Source: Azolla caroliniana
Lineage: Eukaryota > Plantae > Polypodiophyta
Assembly (NCBI GenBank): GCA_043228905.1
Contig: JBHGNT010000007.1
Location: 5,766,001 to 5,830,000 of the forward strand
DNA: 64,000 nt
Reading direction: 5' to 3'
The position numbers and the translations under genes are program-made. Below the pieces are notes generated by a model that was not told the DNA's origin, searched no databases, and saw nothing but the letters and a program-made list of their open reading frames with translations. This document shows, in pieces, positions 25,201 to 36,408 of the stretch. Numbering within the stretch: position 1 is the first letter of the stretch; every line of letters begins with the position of its first letter.

Positions 25201-27303
25201 AACCGGGCCTCGGCTACGTCAACTACACTGATGCAGGTGAACCAAGCACATATGAAGAAGCTATGGCCGCACCGGATGCCGAAACATGGCTATAAGCCAT
25301 GAAATTTGAAATGGACTCGATTCATCAAAATCAGACATGGGAGTTGGTCGAACTACCAACTGGAAGAAAGCCGCTACCTTGTAAATGGGTGTTCAGATAC
25401 AAGTATGTATTCGACTTAGAGAAACCCAAGTACAAAGGTCAACTTGTTGCAAAGGGATTCAAACAGGAATACGGGGTCGATTACGACGATATATTCCCAC
25501 CAATAGCCAAGATGACCACCCTTTGACTCCTATTAGGAGTTGTGGCAACAGAAGACCTCGAGCTCGAGCAGATGGATGTAAAGACGGCATTCCTACACGG
25601 AGATACGGAAGAAGACATATACATGTCTCAACCGGCAGGCTTCACGACGACAGGGGAGGACAGTCACCTCGTATGTCGACTAAAGAAAAGTCTATATGGC
25701 CTCAAACAAGCGTCGAGGATGTGGTACCAGAAGTTTGACTCCTACATACGGCAGCTTGGATACAACAGATCAGACTCTGACCCATGCATGTATGTTCAGC
25801 AACTAGCCGACGAGTCCAGGATCCACCTGATCCTATATGTTGATGACATGTTGATTGCAGGGAGCAATCAAGTAGAGATCAGTAAGCTGAAGCGGAGCCT
25901 TCACACAAAGTTTGCGATGAAGGAACTCAGAAAAGCCCGACACATATTGGGCATGAGGATAGAGTGAAATCGGACGACCAAAACTCTTTGACTCTCTCAG
26001 TCCGAATACATCCGCAAGGTGTTGAAGCGCTTCAACATGGAGAATGCAAAGCTAGCATCGACACTGCTTCCAACGTCAATCAGAATATTGGACAAAGACT
26101 CTCCTTCAACGGACAAGGAGAGAGAGCTTAATGGAAAGATACCCTACTCATCGGCTGTAAGAAGTATCATGTACGCAATGGTGGCGACCCGACCCGACCT
26201 AGCCTATCTCGTAGGGGTGGTCAGCCGGTACATGTCAAGCACATCCTTAGGTATCTGAAAGGAACCACGGATGCACAACTGACTTTCGGACTGACAACCT
26301 CAACCGAAGTCGAAGGCTACACTAATTCCGACTATGCTGGAAATACAGATAATCGGAAATCGACATCAGGCTACATCTTCACCTATGGTGGCTGTGCAAT
26401 ATCATGGAGGTCAAAACTCAAGAGTGCACGACCTTGTCCACCATAGAGGCCGAGTACGTAGCAGCATCGGAAGCAGTTAAGGAAGCGATCTGGCTGCACC
26501 GACTGTCTGCAAACTTCGGAACTGCAAGCCGAATCGACCGACCAGCGCCGACCATCTATTGCGACTCACAGAGTGCAATACACCTCATCAACAATCCCAT
26601 CTACCATGCGAAGACGAAGCACATTGAGGTGTTGTATCATCATATCTAGGAGCTCGTGACCGAGAAGAAGCTCGAAATCCAGAAGATCGACACTAAGGTG
26701 AACATCGCCGATTGCCTGACGAAGCCACTCCCAGATCAACACTATGGAACACTAAGGACGAAGATGGGACTACGACAAGCAACCACGCAGAAGAAAGCCA
26801 AACGAGGAGCAGCAGGTAAGAGTTGATCGACACTCATACTATACCTTTGTCGACTCGACTACTTGCCGACAAACTTGTCACATAAAACTTAGTTCAATTT
26901 TGTAATCTAGGTTTACGGGGGAGATAACCCCAAGCACTTGTATATGTATGAAAGAGTAGTCCTTTTACGGGGGAGTTTGTTGGCATAAAAGGCCGACTCC
27001 TTCCAAATTGTATCCGTCCGAGTGTGAACTCATCAATAAGTTAGGGCTTAGTATATACGCGAATACCTAACATTGTATAGTGTGACGAGTGGAAGAGAGA
27101 TGAAGAGATAGAGAACTGATTCTCTAGTTCTGTGTATTGTATCTCATAGAGAGAGTGAGAACGAAGCAATAAAGCTTTCCATTAGAGCTTGCACTGTGTA
27201 AGTCTACGCCTATTCTATTTTTCTGTCTGCGTCTACGTTGTTTGTTGTTCATAACTGACAATAGATCCATACACGTTTCCGCAAAACGCACTCGTTGTCA
27301 ACA
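22251..27303 (+). mobile_element. Ty1/Copia LTR retrotransposon (Tork/Tnt1-like), pseudogenised
   Basis: LTRs 22251-22570 and 26978-27303 (TG..CA; about 21 substitutions and a 6-bp indel). TSD catat/catac. PBS tggtatcagagc 22573-22584; PPT acgggggag. gag IRKFDGKNFSLWK, protease WILDSSA, LWHGRLGHMS, HTDICGP, RT DVKTAFLHG/YVDD, RNase H EAEY/KHIEV. Many stops and frameshifts. Confidence 0.95.
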
Positions 27304-29428
27304 CATACATGAGGAAGGGGTCACTAATGAGTCGAAGAGCCACCCCTTAGTTTGTTGCTCTTGAAAGTATGCCTAGTGGCATTGTCCCTCTAAGAGTGAG
27401 ACGGATGCATATCCTCTTGTTAGTCTACTTTGGCTACATGTGTCATCAAAAATTTACCTCATCAAGCATTGAAAGTGACTCCAAGCTATACATATGGTCC
27501 AACTACCTCAACTAGTCTATGAGATAGTGTTAGGTGACATTTAGTCCTAACTTGAGAAAATGTGTGGAAGATAAGGACTTTAGTTTTCCTTAGATTCACT
27601 ACAATGGTCTTTGTGTGCAAAAGTCATAAAAGGCATTAAGGTGCCTTTGTAGGTCATGTCCAAACTCAGAGAGTAAAACTATGTTTTCTACACAGAGCAA
27701 GAGATTAATTTGCATATCCCCTAGGACTACTCCATTGCCTCCCTTATGAGCAATAAAATTAGTGATATCATCAATGTAGATCCCAAAAAGTGTCAGTGAT
27801 AGGGGACACCCTTGTTTTATGCCAATGGTGCTAATAAAGCAATTGGATAGGTCAACCTGACATTGGACACACCAAATCATGACATCTAATATCTCCAAGC
27901 TTTTAAGCCTATCAAACAATCACTCTTTAGAGATTGTGTCAAAGACTTTGCGGAAGTCCACAAAACAACAATATAATTTCTTCTTGTGAGCCTTGGTCTA
28001 ATCAATTAAGCATCTAACTGTGAAGATACGGTCAATTGTAGAGGAGGCTCGTCTAACGCCCACCTGTTCAAGTGCTCGAGGATTTAATGTCTCAAGTAAT
28101 CATTGAGTTATGCTTCCATTATTATACCATATAATTTAGCAAGCATATGACGAATTATAATGGTCCTATATGTATTTGGTTCCATGGGGTCCCCTCTTTG
28201 ATGTATAGGGGCCATTGTGTTTATGGTCTATTGTGGTGGAAAACCCTCCGCAAAGGCACTCTCCAACATATATGATATGTTCAACCTGCAAGCATGTGTT
28301 ATCCATGGACTTCCTATGTTGTAATTTCTTTATGACCTTAGTGACCCTAGAGGTCATGAAAAGTGTCCCCATGGTAGGTCAAGGTGTAGAAGGCATAGGA
28401 ATGGGTGGCTAGTTCGGGACTTGGTAAAGTCTCTCTATATATGTGTACCAAGTGTTAGGATCCTCAAATTATGGGTGTTTGTGATCTTGGTTCGTATAGT
28501 ATCTTCCATTCAATGGCGCAATCGCTACTGATGAGCATGTGGTAGAGTTCCCAATATTGAGATGCCTTCCATGCTCATGGGTGAAAGCATGTGAATGGAA
28601 ACATTGTTATAGCTAACATTTAGCTAAAATGACCACAACTAAGTAGTTTTTTTATAGCTAATTTTTAGTGGGAAAATGTTAAAGATACATATCATTTCTA
28701 ATGGGGATGGAAATATTACCATTTATGGTTCACATCATTCTAATAATCCCTAAAATTGCCAAAATATGCAAATTACATGCAACTTTTTGCATAGCTAATT
28801 AGTTATGTCAAGGACACAACTAATTGCTCCCATTCCCATGCTTTCACTGAATCTCGTATGACATGGCATCTTGCGCATTTCTTTGCGAGCCTATACTGAG
28901 GTAATCATGCCACTAAGTCGTGATACTCTATATTGTCTATATAAGTCTCTATAATCCTCATCATATCATCTATTTTGTCGTATAGACCCTACTCTACCTT
29001 GCTTGGAGTGTTTCGTGTGTGGGAAACTACTGATTGTTGCAGAATGAAGGATGTGTGTGAGTTGTGTAGTAAGATTCTCTAAAGGCAAGGAAGAATCAAG
29101 TGAGGAGAGATAAGGTTGAACATGCTGAGAGTAAATATCAAAGTGATCATGTGTGAAATGTATTGTGATGTGATGGCTTGGTTAACTGGAGTTGGTGGCA
29201 TTGGAGATATCACTTTTTAGTTCAAAGTATAAGAAGTTATGGTCAGCACCAATAGGACATGGGGCCACCTAAAAGGAGTTAATCATGTGGACAACTTCAG
29301 GGCGTCATATAAGATAATCGATTGTGCTTCCCCCTCCTCCATGTAGAAAACATGTGAGCTCTTCGAACCCTGGACACTTTACTAAATCATTATATATGAT
29401 CATCTTGTGTCAACTTTCAAGTTCGCGC

Positions 29429-30028
29429 TGTCGTGAAGAATTTCGGCCAGAGGCGGAAACCGGGAACATTGGCTACATCGGCGGGGTGCAGCGTGTGTAC
29501 GCACCCATGTACATTTAGTGTGAATATCGAGGGCGCCTTTATGGCGCCGAAGAGTAGTCAAGTCGGGACAGACGATCCCATGTAAGTCGGGATTTGTCCC
29601 GCATTGTAATGCCTCCCTTTCCTTGTTCTATAAAAGGAAGGGAACGCCCTTTGTAAAAGGGTTGCCCATTTTTGCATTAGAGGGTATACCGTTAGGTTTA
29701 GGGTTAGCTTCTTCTCCGTCGTATTCGTTTAGGGTTTGCTGCAGCTCATCTCCTGCGCAAGACCCCGCTCGGCGCGACGAGCCCGTGAGCTCCTCGACGG
29801 CAGCTTGGCAGCAGACGACTACTGTAACCTACCTCAGTCCGGCTCGAAGCCGGGAATGTATTCTTCATATATATATACATACATATACGTTTATGTTTGT
29901 CTGTGTATATTCGCGTCGTTGTTGGCGTCGGGTGCTTACCCTCTCCTGCGTTTCCTGTACATAAGGCGTGAGTCGGGTTGAGCTGCGTGTGCGTGTGCGT
30001 GTGTGTGTGCGTGAGTCGGTGTTAAGCA

Positions 30029-30070
<42 letters not shown>

Positions 30071-30200
30071 TCGGTTGCTTCCGGTGTGTTTCTGGGATGC
30101 CCCAAAAACAGTGAAGCACGACTCCCTACGCTCCATCACTCTCTCGTCCAAGACCCCCGTGGTCCCGCCTTTCTCCACGCACGCGCGTAACAACGCGACA
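29429..30200 (+). mobile_element. GC-rich solo LTR (772 bp) with 4-bp TSD GCGC, upstream of eIF4E
   Basis: Termini tgtcgtg...cgcgaca form a 6/7 inverted repeat. gcgc at 29425-29428 and 30201-30204. TATAAAAG at 29629. Sharp GC contrast with AT-rich flanks. Confidence 0.72.
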
Positions 30201-30530
30201 GCGCAGATGATGGCCAAAGCTTATGACATCCGCACCTTGGACAAGAAATGTAAATAAATACTCTTATGGGTATGTGATCACAATAACATCATAGGATATG
30301 ATATGCATATATACAAAGGATGAATGTAAATATGAAGAGTGTATCTTGAAATCTCAATTTTATAAATCGATTAAAAAGTGTTGTTATTGGTCTCTCCTTG
30401 GACAATGTCATAGGTTTCGATAGATACATTCTAATTGGTCAGTGTTACTCTTCCAATGGTTGAATCTTTGTGCGATATGAGTCCATTTGTTTGGTAGATT
30501 GGCCTCACGCAATATTTATAAGTCAATCTC

Positions 30531-30617
30531 CAAGAGATTTATTGGTCTTGGTCAAGTTGCAAGAGATTTCATGGTCTTGGTCAAGCTGCAAGAGACTTCT
30601 TGGTCTTGGTCAAGCCT
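30531..30617 (+). repeat. 29-bp tandem repeat x3 in the eIF4E proximal promoter
   Basis: caagagatttattggtcttggtcaagttg / caagagatttcatggtcttggtcaagctg / caagagacttcttggtcttggtcaagcct. Confidence 0.9.
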
Positions 30618-30688
30618 AACTAATAATATAACATTCCAATACAGTATGTACTTTTCCTTCTCCTGCTTCTTCTTCTTCTTCTTCTTCT

Positions 30689-30732
<44 letters not shown>

Positions 30733-30735
30733 AGT

Positions 30736-33700
30736 ATGGCGGCCTCCATCGACGACGCGGAGCTTGAAGAAGGAGAGATCCCTAGGGCCCCCAAGCATCG
30801 TTTAGAGCATTCCTGGACTCTCTGGTGCGACAATTTATCAGCAAAGGTCACACAGAAGACATGGGGCAGCTCGCTTCGCCCTATCTACACCTTCTCCACC
30901 ATCGAAGACTTCTGGAGGTTAAGTAAACCCTTCTTCTTCTTCTTCCTCCCTCTCTGTGCATATACCTTTCTTTTTCTGTTTTATAACGCCCTATGCACCT
31001 ACGTATGTATGTATGTATGTATATGTATGCATCTGTATGTATGTATGTATGTATGTATGTATAGACATTTGCATACATGTATTCATCATGGAAGACATTT
31101 GGAGGTAGCTTCATTTTCTCGGTGTATACATTCACGCATACATACATACATGTATACAGATATATCTGAAAATTATACGTTTTTCTTGCTATATACACTG
31201 ACTATTTACCATGAATATATGACTCTCTCTCTCTCTCTCTCCTTTTATATATATATATTATATTCTTCTCCGAATGTGAAGGTTCATGCTCATCTTTATC
31301 TCCTTATTTTTCTATATTCGTAACTATTCACCATTGGAGACTTCTAGAGGTACTTAGACTCTTTATCTCCTTTTTTTCCTTTTCAATATGCACAAGCATT
31401 CATTAAAGAAGCCCTCTGAAGGTAATTTCATTCTTTTTATCTCTTGTTTTTTTTTTCTGTGCATGTACGATTATCGATATGTTCAACTACTACTATACCT
31501 TTGTGATTGTTTTTATACGGTAATGCGTGGATTCTTATAAATTAGTTTTTCTTATAGTAGATATTCATGTTCTAGACCTGAAGCTGTTGTAATTTTCTTG
31601 GAAAGGACTTCGTTTGATGTGTAGAGTGTACATACGTGTACAACCTAAAAAATCGTGAAGGAGACATAGGTGTCTTGAAAATGAGTTCTTTTCCTAGTCA
31701 GATATGTATGTTCTGATTAAATACTGTTTATTGGAGTAAATATCCATATTGGAAGCCTAAAATGGATGTGATCAGTTCTTAAAAAAATGCAAAAATTCAC
31801 ATTGAGGTTGTATATTCTAATCAAGATATTCTAGTTGTAGTTTATATCTAGTTTTGAGACCTGGAAAATGAGTAAATATCATATTCAAATATGATTCTGA
31901 TGAAATTCATTACCCGGAGAAGACATCTATGTCTGAAACTTCAAACAGATGTACATATCAACTCAATCCTATTTAGACGTGTATTCTGATGAAACGTTTG
32001 TTGCCTGTATGTCCAAGACTGACAAATAAGTGCATGCATCTTGAAAATGTGTTCATTCGCTACTCTTGCTATTCGGATGCATGCATTCTGATGGAACGTT
32101 TGTTTCCTTGTCTCCCTTAATACATCTGGGACCTCCTATGGATGTCGAAAAAAGTTTTATAACCTGGAGCAGGTATCTAAATCTGAGTGTTGACACCTGA
32201 AAGGGATGTAGCCATCTTGAATATGAGCTTGTTCCGAATTCTTATTGGCCACTCAATAGTGTTTATGCATTTAACTATTATGAATTAGATGGAAATAGGG
32301 TACAAATAATGCTTCATTTCATTATTATTGAAAAAAAGATGTGTATGTATTTACATGTACGTGAACTTTATATCATGGAAAAATAAAGGAAATGATTTGT
32401 TTATAATTCGAGTTCTAGTAAGGTTTAGAAAGAAAGATAGCAATATACATTAATGTCTCTTAGGAGGGCCAAAAGTGCATGTGAGACTGAATGAGAAAGT
32501 ATCTGAAATCGGTATCTCATCTCGGAAAGCAACAAATCAAAATAAATGTAACTAAACTAGTAAAACCTCCCAAGGTAATTTTGCTAAGGACATGATATTG
32601 TGAGCATAGTACCTTCTAAAGATCTCCAACATCCATCGATTCAGGATGGAGAAGCCCCAGAAGCAGGGAAACCACCTTCAGTGTTGGGTGGTTATGGTCT
32701 TGATTTGTCAATAAGAAGGCTGAAGAGGCTGTTGTACTAATGGATGTGGCATTAGTACACCACAGATTGCCTCATAATGCGCCATCTTCCTCCCAGGCAG
32801 CACTGTGGGGGCGATTCAGATTCTTTTATCATCCAATCTAATGAAATCAGTTCAGATCTATCATGTTTATACCTATATCATATGATTGGAACAATTCCTG
32901 CATTTCAGCATACCAATAATGACTAATAACTATCATGCCAATCATGAAACTGGGATAAGAGAACCTTTCAAGGTCTCAAATCACTGAACGTTTTCCTATT
33001 AGGATCACTATCTTTTTTAATGGAATCGATCATCAACCAAGAAAATTTTCATACCTCGTGTTGTTAGATTGCATTACTTATACTGTTTTGATATATAAGA
33101 CATTGAATGTTTTGCTTCATTCACATGCAGCATATACAATAATTTGGTACAACCAAGCCAATTGACTATTGGGATTGATCTCCATTGTTTTAAGGCGGGG
33201 ATTGAACCTAAGTGGGAAGATCCATTATGTGCTCAAGGTGGAAAATGGTCCATGAGTTCCCCCAGAGGAAAAAGTATGACTGATACTTTCTGGCTTTACA
33301 CAGTAAGTAACATTTATCTTAAAAAGGTGCAATTTCCTCCTATATGGTTATTAGGACACTTGTGTATACTCGAGAAATCTACTTTTGAAATGTGTCGAGA
33401 TGACTGGTTGTAGGCAGAGCCATGCCATTACTCTTGATCATATGCTTCATAATGGAGCTCATTGGGCATTTCTTGAACGTTTCTGATATCTGAAATTGCA
33501 GGTTTTGGCAATGATTGGTGAGCAATTCAGAGAGAGTGATGAAATTTGTGGTTCCGTTATAAGCATAAGAGCTAAACAAGAGAAACTAGCTCTTTGGACT
33601 AAAACAGCCTCCAATGAAGCAGCACAGGTATCGCCAACACGTTTTATGCACATTTATCATTTGAAGTTCAATTTGAATTGCATTTCTATATATACCAAGT

Positions 33701-35987
33701 ATTATCCAAGATTCATGTAGTGCAACATTGGAAGCAGTTCAAACTTTAGTTTCAATATTTGCTAGAACGGTTATGAAAGTGTACCTCAAGTTTTTATGGT
33801 GTCATTTCTCATGGTGATGCTTGCAACAACTTGCAAGTTGTGTCTTAAACAGGTCTGTTGTTTTCTGGTTGGAAGTCCATATAAACTATATCCTATTCAA
33901 CCTGTTAGAAATATATTATTTAATCAAGATAGTCATCCTAAAGATAGTGTAAAACTTCATGAGTGCTCAAAATCTCTTGAAATGTATGCTGTGGTCGTGT
34001 GGAAAATGTATGCATTTTTAAACTGAATAACTGGGGATATGATTTCATGTTAGATATTCAAGTCTCAAGATTGTATGGCCAACCATTTGTATTTAGTATG
34101 TCCATGAGCTTGCTTATTTGTTACCCTGATTTGTAGGCAAGTTTATCAATTGGCATGTTTGTTTGAGCTATGACTTATATCCTTGCCAAGTTCATATTTA
34201 TAAACGTGCAACTCAAGTAAGCTTGGTGGCTCTTTTTTCCCAAGCCTGTATATGAGAGGATGTGATGGCCAACTTATTGCACTCTATATCCTCTACATAG
34301 TGATCATTTGTTCAACAGAGATCACACTAGTTGATGGGGACTCAGTTGATTTGATTCTATTCGGGCAGAAAAAATTGTCAAATGGAAAAGATGGAACATG
34401 TAAAATGCCACAGGACTGGCTAAGACAGGTTATCCACTTGTAAATTAAAAAAGACAATTAACAAGTAAAGAGTAAGAGTGAGAAAAAGAAAGTTACAAGT
34501 ACATTATGCATTATGTCGTTCATTGATAGTATTTATTTATTTCAATGAATCGGAGTGGAACTCTGAAATGAGATCGTGAAGCCATGCAATGTTTCTTGTA
34601 ACACTGGAAGGGCTATATGGTTGTTTCCAATTCATAAATATGTTTTAAATTCTTCCAGAAACATCAACTCCAATGGGATATCCCGTTTGATAGCCAAGGT
34701 ATACCAAGCGCCTTCCTATATGTACAATGCAAACTGAATTTCACAGGTTAATCCTCAAATAAGAGGCCAAATCTCATAAACCTATTTTACCAATGTTTTT
34801 TCCGTGGAAGCAAGTCTGTAAAGAAATCACTATTTGATTGATGTTTGCTTTATCAATGGTTTTCTAGACGACAAGAGACTGTTACAATAAGGTGGGTGTC
34901 CATATCCAAATGGGGAAATGACTAAGATACATCATATTAAGCTCATAGGATCTAGTAAGTGCAGAAATTTGAACAATTGTGCTGTGGACCAGTTTGAGGA
35001 GTCTATCTCTGGCTGAAGTTGAAGTTTGAGGAGCAAGGAAAAGTTGGAATTTGATGATCTGATTAATTGATATGGAACAAATTGCAAGTAAATCTCAATC
35101 TATTAAGCAGTAAATTGAAATGGCCAAAAACAGAGGAAAAGCGGGAAAATAGTAACCTTGTAAGTTGTTGTCCTTTAAATGGAAAATATCTGTCACTAGC
35201 AAATGGTGGAAAATATCTGTTTTGTTTCTCAGGTGGGAAATGCTCATGCACTGCTTTCGCTATACACAACCTTGTCTCATCAATGTAGGTGACGTCATGG
35301 CCTGCACATTGTGCAGGATATGGAGTGAGACATTCAAGATATGAAGCAGAATGCTCCTCTGTAACTGTCTGTCCCCTAATTGTAACCATTGGATGTGAAG
35401 GTTGTCAGCGGCAGGAAAAAAGGTTGTTGAACCAATGGGAGGCCCGAAGGGAGGATTGAACATGAGAGAAAACTGAGGTTGAAAGAAGAGCATGGCAAAG
35501 AAGGGCCAGACATTGTCTCATCAATGTTCCCCATTTTTCCAAGTTATGAATCCCTTTCATACCTTGCTTCATACCTTTGGGTGCCAAACATTTTTACCCT
35601 TTCTCCAAGGCTTTTTACATTCATGGAAACTCGGCTCATTAACTATGCCATCCTAGTGTGACTGAATGAAAGAGCGCAGTTCTGCATAGCTTACACATAG
35701 AAGACGTTTTATTTTTTGTTATAATGTATGATCCATCATTTAATAATTCGAAAACTTGCTTTCTGCATTATTAGGATTTATATTATGTTCTATGAGGTGA
35801 TATAATTTAATTATGTATGTATTGACTGGCTTACATGTATGTATATCATGCAAAGTTTAGCCATTTTGCTTGCTTTTTACTGGCCAAAAAAATTAAACCA
35901 TCAAATTCAATAGGCAAAAAAGTTCTATTTAACTATCATACCTGGAACCCAATACATACATGCATGCATGCATGATGCATCTACATC

Positions 35988-36035
<48 letters not shown>

Positions 36036-36408
36036 ATGTCAAAAATTACTACAGTCCATGTAAACAATTAGAATACTTCTTGGTGAACTTGTGGTAAAAG
36101 TCTGCATTTCCAATTAAATTTCTCTCAAAAGGTTGATTTTTATTGTAGTTAAGCATTGGAAAGCAGTGGAAAGAATTTTTGGATTATCATGACCGAATAG
36201 GTTTTTTAGTTCATGTAAGTCTCTTATGTTTCTTTTCTTTCATTAATCCATTTTCTTGGTCTTGGAGATCATATTTGACCTCTAGGACAATAATAAAATT
36301 TATCTATCTTTATTTATTTGATTCCATTTTTTTGCACCATGCCATAATTTTTGTCAGGAGGATGCTAAGAGAGTTGATAGAGCGGCCAAAAATAGGTATA
36401 CTGCATAG
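30736..36408 (+). CDS. eIF4E: Eukaryotic translation initiation factor 4E (class I, eIF4E-1 type)
   Basis: Exons 30736-30917, 33131-33302, 33502-33627, 36149-36214, 36358-36408(TAG); canonical 5-exon plant layout. [65 protein letters not shown]. Confidence 0.96.
31600..32250. repeat. Degenerate tandem repeat (~90-110 bp unit) in eIF4E intron 1
   Basis: Recurrent cttgaaaatgag and tattctgatgaaac motifs near 31674, 31861, 31894, 31982, 32039, 32085, 32214. Confidence 0.5.
32427..33000 (-). mobile_element. Decayed, internally deleted copy of the (TTTC)-tailed RTE family in eIF4E intron 1
   Basis: gaaagaaaga tail plus attaatgtctcttaggagggccaaaa. agatctc..gaagc.gggaa.ccacct matches 6072-6130, and ctgcatttcagcatacca (32898) matches 6859-6876. 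Confidence 0.65.
34560..35660 (-). mobile_element. Highly decayed putative CRE-clade non-LTR retrotransposon in eIF4E intron 3
   Basis: Colinear scraps [35 protein letters not shown] and GHP resemble recalled CRE segments GIRVLG, LPRMGDV..YLLRCTPP, APTAYLG, RILSCSG and LGLPHP. Confidence 0.35.

Larger units (their letters stand above)
21000..28600 (-). mobile_element. Decayed RTE-clade LINE split by Copia-2 and a solo LTR
   Basis: Minus-strand RT motifs (CFVDFRKVFD, GIKQGCPLSLTLFGIYID at 27599-27970). LFDSLVTP|YASMVWAPG is split across the Copia insertion. C-terminal IGQLRVSTHQLEVE..ICRLCHIEIEDEYH at 21006-21293. Outer boundaries approximate. Confidence 0.82.

Noticed and set aside
29623-30257. 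Cluster of overlapping 60-113-aa ORFs in GC-rich DNA
   Set aside because: They lie within the solo LTR and are built from (CT)n/(GT)n repeats; no domain signature.
30487-31323. 278-aa ORF in the ORF track
   Set aside because: Only 30736-30917 is eIF4E exon 1. The rest is read-through of promoter pyrimidine tracts and (TATG)n intron microsatellite.
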